Shown piece by piece: positions 52,201-56,296 of a stretch of DNA of 56,296 nt; positions within the stretch are counted from its first letter, which is position 1, and each line of letters begins with the position of its first letter. A program made the translations under genes and the position numbers. The notes below the pieces were generated by a model that was given only the letters and a program-made list of their open reading frames with translations, made no database searches and was not told where the DNA came from. This DNA comes from an uncultured Arcobacteraceae bacterium (GTDB taxonomy: Bacteria; Campylobacterota; Campylobacteria; Campylobacterales; Arcobacteraceae), in assembly GCA_964022095.1 (NCBI GenBank), contig CAXHZO010000015.1:1-56296 (forward strand). The letters run 5' to 3'.

Positions 52201-53073
52201 GATAATTTAGTAGATAAGAATATTGTATTTTTGGATGATAAAACGACCAAGATACTAAATAAAATTCAAGATAAAAGAAATTTTGCTTTAGATGAGAAAA
52301 AAGAAATCACTAATGGTGTTCAAGTTCAACAAGAAAGAGTTAATAAAAAATCATTAGAAAAATTAGGCAAAAATTATAGATTAAATGAAGGCATTTTTAA
52401 TCTAACTACAGATGAGTTAGAGTATTTAAGTTTAAATGAAAATGAGTATGAAATTGTAAAACCACTTTATACTTCAAAAGAAATCAATAAATATAAAACT
52501 AACAAACAAAATCAGAATTGGGTTATTTACACAGATAGTAGTTTTAAAAATGTTGAAAAAATGGAAAATTATCCAAATTTAAAATATCACTTAGATAGAT
52601 TTAAAGAAGTAATTACTTCTGACAATAAACCTTATGGTATCCATAGAGCAAGAAATGAGTATTTCTTTAAAGGCGAGAAAATTCTTTCATTAAGAAAATG
52701 TTCTAATAGACCTACATTTAGTTATGTAGATTTTGATAGTTATGTGAACCAAGCATATTATGTAATTAAAACAGAAAGGGTAAACCTAAAATATCTCACA
52801 GCTTTTTTAAATTCAGATATTATAGCCTTTTGGTTGAAATTTAATGGAAAAATACAAGGAGGTAATTATCAAGTTGATAAAGAGCCATTGTTAAATATCC
52901 CATATTCTATCATTGAAGATGAGCATACAATCAATGAAATAATAAGCATAGTTGATTCTATCTCTGCATCTACTAACTCAATAGATTTAGAAGATGATTT
53001 AAATCAAATATTTTGGAACTATTATAAATTAGACAGTAATGAAATCAACTTTATTAAAAAGGCATTAAAATAA
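49204..53073 (+). CDS. Type IIG restriction-modification enzyme (Eco57I/Cj0031-like, N6-adenine MTase fused to endonuclease)
   Basis: N-terminal IDWAI...IIEVKR (PD-(D/E)xK), GSFYTP, motif I ICDTAVGSGHYL, FGVDIN, motif IV IGNPPY, C-terminal TaqI-like TRD. Confidence 0.92.
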   Translation: MLKPNFIKTHNFINIILKKKELPSGSKDFLIKELHKLNNINPDEREENQKTYIRDFLSNTFGYKINTAGDIDWAILNELNKVEVIIEVKRIKNDSEMVTKENFLKKAFYETILYFMRERNKSNIDLKHIVITNISSWFVIDATEYERLFWNNKKFRKQFLDWENKKTLDSKTDFFYAEIAKPFCESLNNSRKVSLFETDNELIDFTHFNIKELLFSNADRNFSNVYKLLSPDTLMKDFSPNDGNSLNKNFYDELLYILGLEEKNINGKKRIVRTQKEIQEGSFFENIYTKLYRYNKLSSSEDENFNKVISLIIVWLNRILFLKLFENQLIGFAKDDSLSFLKNEFIKDFDELDKLFFDVLSKKPDDRYEDIKKKFNFIPYLNSSLFEESDEEKNLIFISQLDSNSKIKLYKNTVLKNKDGKRLTGESTLIEYLYDFLNSYNFGSLNNSNTIEEHHKELISSSVLGLIFEKINGYKDGSFYTPSYITTFMSRNILEKMVFDKFKEIKNWNCKTIDDLYDKIDNKIEANEIINSLKICDTAVGSGHYLVSMLNEMIRLKSELGILLDKNGKRIRDYKVLIENDDLAIKTIDNEYFTYQKPKTVTENHLVQETIFLEKQKIIENCLFGVDINPNSINICRLRLWIELLKSTYYTEDSNFEYLHTLPNIDINIKTGNSLLTKFPLIDNENIPKSLKSKIEDYKLSVKEYKRTDNKLLKHEIKNKIRIMKDEFTKDFKNNSHNIVKLKRILNGYNTAKEVKKGYIQQFGYEGLVKDIILNYANDTTDSLFDIGSSMSKSQIKEAKKIKKDMLKTINLLYKNIKKAENDKIYENSFEWRFEFPEILDDDGKFLGFDAIIGNPPYIREPDNKDAFIGLHESPCYKGKMDLWFLFACKGIDLLKDNGRLSFIATNNWVSNYGASNFRNKLLQTTKIEEYIDFGEYFVFDSADVLTMIFTLSKTNENNDYLCKYSKVIDKTIKEDEIKEFLNNGSSEKIECFNSLMINDNLVDKNIVFLDDKTTKILNKIQDKRNFALDEKKEITNGVQVQQERVNKKSLEKLGKNYRLNEGIFNLTTDELEYLSLNENEYEIVKPLYTSKEINKYKTNKQNQNWVIYTDSSFKNVEKMENYPNLKYHLDRFKEVITSDNKPYGIHRARNEYFFKGEKILSLRKCSNRPTFSYVDFDSYVNQAYYVIKTERVNLKYLTAFLNSDIIAFWLKFNGKIQGGNYQVDKEPLLNIPYSIIEDEHTINEIISIVDSISASTNSIDLEDDLNQIFWNYYKLDSNEINFIKKALK

Positions 53074-53285
53074 TGCAAACCCTAGAATACAATAAGCAAA
53101 CTCATAAAATAACCCTCAATACTTATACGGAGGATGAATTCTTAGAATCAGAAATAGATATTACAGAACAAGTATCTACTTTGGTTATTGAAAAGATTTA
53201 TGATGATTACGATTTAGATAATGGAGATGAACTTCTAATCACTAAGAAAAAGTCTTTAAAAAATCATACAAAAATTAAGCTATAA
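53073..53285 (+). CDS. Small acidic hypothetical protein (70 aa), transposon cargo
   Basis: TAATG stop/start overlap with the RM gene. Confidence 0.7.
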   Translation: MQTLEYNKQTHKITLNTYTEDEFLESEIDITEQVSTLVIEKIYDDYDLDNGDELLITKKKSLKNHTKIKL

Positions 53286-53366
53286 AATTTTTTTGAAATT
53301 TTTTTCAAGGAAATTTCAAACAAGGTTTTCATTTTCAGAGAAACTGCGATTTTTTAAAATCTTGTT

Positions 53367-53390
53367 TTGTGCATTTGCTACATAATATCG
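53367..53390 (-). repeat. Right terminal inverted repeat
   Basis: TTGTGCATTTGCTACATAATATCG, followed by TSD ATAAATAT at 53391-53398. Confidence 0.95.
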
Positions 53391-54668
53391 ATAAATATTG
53401 CATTAATTCTTATGTCAATAATTATGCTTATTCTTTTTGTTTCGATTATTGCCTTAATGAATAATGTTGTTATTAAACCAATCAGAAATTTAGAAATAGG
53501 ATTAGTATCATTCTTTAAATATTTAAATAAAGAAAAAGAAGATACGGAACTTATTAGTATAAATTCAGAAGATGAAATAGGAATAATGGCAAAAGTTGTA
53601 AATGAAAATATTGAAAAGTCTAAAAATGAGATTGAAGAAGACAAAAAAGTTATATCTGATACTATTAATGTATTGACAAATTTCCAACAAGGGGATTTAT
53701 CTCAAAGAGTTAAAGAAAAATCAAATAATCCAGCTTTAAATGAATTAACTAATCTTTTAAATAAGATGGCTGTAAACTTAGAATCAAATATTGATAATAT
53801 ATTAAGTATTGTAGATTTATATTCTAATTATAACTATACAAAAAAAGTTATGACAAATGAACTTAAAGGTCATTTATTAAAATTATCAAATGGAATTAAT
53901 TCATTAGCTGATTCAACAACTAAAATGTTAATACAAAGTAAATCAAATGGATTAACATTACAAAATAGAGCACAATTATTACTTAAAGATGTTGATACCT
54001 TAAATAATAGTTCAACTAAAACAGCAGCAGCTTTAACAGAAGTTACAGAAAATGTTAGAAGTAACACTTCAAATGTTTCTGAAATGTCAGTATATGCAAA
54101 AGAATTAGCATTATCTTCAAGTGAAGGTCAGAATTTAGCCTCTCAAACAACTAACTCAATGGATGAAATAAATGAAAAAGTAACCGCAATTAATGAAGCA
54201 ATAACTGTTATTGATCAAATTGCATTCCAAACAAATATCTTATCATTAAACGCAGCAGTAGAAGCAGCAACTGCAGGGGAATCTGGTAAAGGTTTTGCAG
54301 TTGTTGCACAAGAAGTTAGAAACCTAGCAAGTAGAAGTGCCCAAGCAGCTAGCGAGATTAAAGAATTAGTAGAAGATGCAAGTTTTAAAGCTGATGAGGG
54401 TAAGAAAGTCACTGATTCAATGATTACTGGATATAATAAATTAAGTGGAAATATTGAGAATACTACAAAGCTTATTGATAGTATTCAAGTTTCATCAAAA
54501 GAACAATTACAAGCAATTGAACAAATTAGTGACACTGTAAATCAACTTGATCAACAAACTCAATTAAATGTTGAAGTGTCAAATAATACTCAACAAATAG
54601 CAGTTGAAACAAATAATATAGCTATTTTAATTGTGAATGAAACAAATGAAAAAGAGTTTGATGAATAA
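53391..54668 (+). pseudogene. Methyl-accepting chemotaxis protein, 3' part (TM2, HAMP, signalling domain)
   Basis: [15 protein letters not shown]2, [51 protein letters not shown]. Confidence 0.9.
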
Positions 54669-54681
54669 GATTAAAGAATAA

Positions 54682-54712
54682 TTTGACAACACTTATACCT
54701 TGTGTTGTCAAA
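54682..54712 (+). terminator. Hairpin after the MCP gene
   Basis: TTTGACAACAC/GTGTTGTCAAA 11-bp stem. Confidence 0.6.
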
Positions 54713-54830
54713 CTACTAAAATAACTATAGCAATACTATTTTTAAAAGACAAATAATGTTTACTTTTGTAACAAAAACTATAAAATATAAAAAAAGACTT
54801 TAAATTAAATCTAAATTATAAATTTTATTA

Positions 54831-55000
54831 ATAAATGAATGTCCATTCTTAATATAGTCCTAATAATCGATATTTATTAAAAGTATAAAAATAATTCAAA
54901 ATAATATTTGCTAGACAATTGCTACGAATCCCATAAATACGTTAAGTTTTTGTAAAGTTTAGTATTGCTAAGTTAAATTTATATAAATGAATGTTCATTT
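54831..55000 (+). promoter_or_regulatory. Two copies of a palindromic operator upstream of hydA
   Basis: ATAAATGAATGTCCATT at 54831-54847 and ATAAATGAATGTTCATT at 54983-54999. The second contains the palindrome AAATGAA-TG-TTCATTT. Confidence 0.65.
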
Positions 55001-55017
55001 TTTAAGGAGTGTGATTT

Positions 55018-56250
55018 ATGATAGATTCATCTGAGATGGTAAAAAAAGTTTTTACCCAAAAATCAGGGCGAGTGGAGACAAATAAGGGTGAGGAGTTTTA
55101 TAACTCTTTATATAAACAAGCAGAAACGAGGTTGGCAGATTTAAGAGCTCAAGAGCCACTTAAAGATATTGATCTTATGGATGTTATTGATAGCGAAGGC
55201 GTAAATAGAAGAGATTTCATGAAGTGGGTAAGTGCAACTACTGCTACACTTATGTTACCTCCTATGTTTGCACCACTAGTTGCCCAAGCAACTGAGCTTA
55301 TGAATAGAGTTCCAGTAGTATGGATTGAGTTACAAGACTGTGCTGGTAACTCAGAAGCACTTCTAAGATCATCTGCACCAACTGTTGATGATTTATTATT
55401 TGATGTTTTATCTTTAGAGTTCCATGAGACTTTACAAGCTGCAGCTGGTCATGATGCTGATAGACAACTTGAAGAAGCTGTTCATCACTTTAAAGATAAA
55501 TATCTATTATTTGTTGAAGGTGCAATTCCAATGGCTAATAATGGTCAATATGGAACTATTGGTGCTATGGGTGAAACTTTCCATGATCACTTAATTAGAA
55601 TGTCAAAAGATGCTGCTGCAGTAGTTGCAGTTGGTACTTGTGCAACATTTGGTGGAATTCCAGCAGCTGCTCCAAACCCAACTGGTGCAGTTGGAGTTAT
55701 GGATTTGGTAAAAGGTAAGCCAATTATTAATATCCCAGCATGTCCAGCAAACCCAGCTAATATGGTTGGAGTAATTTTACATTACGTTTTAACTGGTCAA
55801 ATTCCAGAATTAGATTCATTATTAAGACCTAAGTTTGCATTTGGTTACAGAATTCACGATAACTGTGAGAGAAGAGCTCACTTTGATGCTGGTGAGTTTG
55901 TTGAAGAGTGGGGTGATGAAGGTGCTAAAAACAACTTCTGTTTATACAAAGTTGGTTGTAAAGGTCCTATGACATTTAATAACTGTTCAATTATTAGATA
56001 TAACGATGGGGCAAATTGGCCTATTGGAGTTGGTCGTGGTTGTATTGGTTGTTCTGAGCCAGACTTTTGGGATAAATATGCTTATGAAAGACCAATGGCA
56101 AATGCTAATATTAAAGCGCCAACTGGTGGAGTAGAGAAAACTGTTGATGAATTTGGACTTGGATTATTAACAGCAACTACTATTGGTATTGGAGTTCACG
56201 CAGTTGCAAGTGCAGTAGCGGGAAAAAAATCAGATGAGGGAGAAGAATAA
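55018..56250 (+). CDS. hydA: Membrane-bound uptake NiFe hydrogenase small subunit
   Basis: Tat motif NRRDFMK, GTCATFGG, PACP, HDNCERR, CLYKVGCKGP, GCIGCSEP, C-terminal TM anchor. Confidence 0.93.
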   Translation: MIDSSEMVKKVFTQKSGRVETNKGEEFYNSLYKQAETRLADLRAQEPLKDIDLMDVIDSEGVNRRDFMKWVSATTATLMLPPMFAPLVAQATELMNRVPVVWIELQDCAGNSEALLRSSAPTVDDLLFDVLSLEFHETLQAAAGHDADRQLEEAVHHFKDKYLLFVEGAIPMANNGQYGTIGAMGETFHDHLIRMSKDAAAVVAVGTCATFGGIPAAAPNPTGAVGVMDLVKGKPIINIPACPANPANMVGVILHYVLTGQIPELDSLLRPKFAFGYRIHDNCERRAHFDAGEFVEEWGDEGAKNNFCLYKVGCKGPMTFNNCSIIRYNDGANWPIGVGRGCIGCSEPDFWDKYAYERPMANANIKAPTGGVEKTVDEFGLGLLTATTIGIGVHAVASAVAGKKSDEGEE

Positions 56251-56252
56251 AA

Positions 56253-56296
56253 ATGGCAAAAAAACACTTAGTAATTGATCCGATTACAAGAATTGA
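56253..56296 (+). CDS. hydB: Uptake hydrogenase large subunit, N-terminus (3'-partial)
   Basis: MAKKHLVIDPITRI matches the conserved DPITRIEGH start of large subunits. Confidence 0.85.
   Translation, partial: MAKKHLVIDPITRI

Larger units (their letters stand above)
47282..53390. mobile_element. IS1595-family transposon with passenger genes (6,109 bp)
   Basis: 24-bp TIRs (23/24 identical), 8-bp TSD, IS1595-type transposase, interrupts an MCP gene. Confidence 0.95.

Noticed and set aside
49204-53073. Phase-variable poly-G tract in the Type IIG gene, as in C. jejuni cj0031
   Set aside because: No long G/C homopolymer seen and the ORF is continuous
178-54412. Other 60-120 aa ORFs overlapping larger genes (e.g. 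178-375, 11983-12273, 22542-22850, 33518-33883, 41253-41693)
   Set aside because: Antisense or off-frame shadows of well-supported genes with no motifs or RBS
53367-54668. Independent intact 433-aa MCP gene
   Set aside because: Its first 8 codons are the right TIR, and it is the 3' half of the interrupted receptor
1-56296. CRISPR arrays, tRNA/rRNA genes, prophage
   Set aside because: No regularly spaced repeats, structural RNA signatures or phage genes seen by eye

Overview
AT-rich Campylobacterota chromosome window, most consistent with Arcobacteraceae (inferred from gene content and order). It begins inside a selenocysteine formate dehydrogenase locus: fdhA with an in-frame UGA at 56-58 plus a SECIS hairpin, fdhB, two different FdhC-type membrane subunits, fdhD, a ModE-like wHTH, a NifS-like protein, moeA and the tungstate transporter tupABC. 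The middle holds signalling, redox and housekeeping genes (Cache histidine kinase, REC-PAS proteins, heme-c diguanylate cyclase, DsbB/DsbA/TlpA, MlaA-MlaC-MMPL, yebC, fumC, acnB). It ends in a hydrogenase locus (TetR, cytoplasmic group-2-type NiFe hydrogenase, hydA and the start of hydB). The main accessory feature is a 6,109-bp IS1595-family cargo transposon (47282-53390; 24-bp TIRs, 8-bp TSD ATAAATAT) inserted into a chemoreceptor gene. It carries a small HTH protein and a Type IIG restriction-modification enzyme. Other notable observations are an FdhC paralogue lacking the cytoplasmic heme and quinone-site residues, an unannotated anti-SD sRNA candidate, an unannotated 50-aa HTH gene with a long structured leader, a TetR gene with a probable ATA start, candidate operators and three apparently leaderless genes. 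All family calls come from motif recognition, not database searches.
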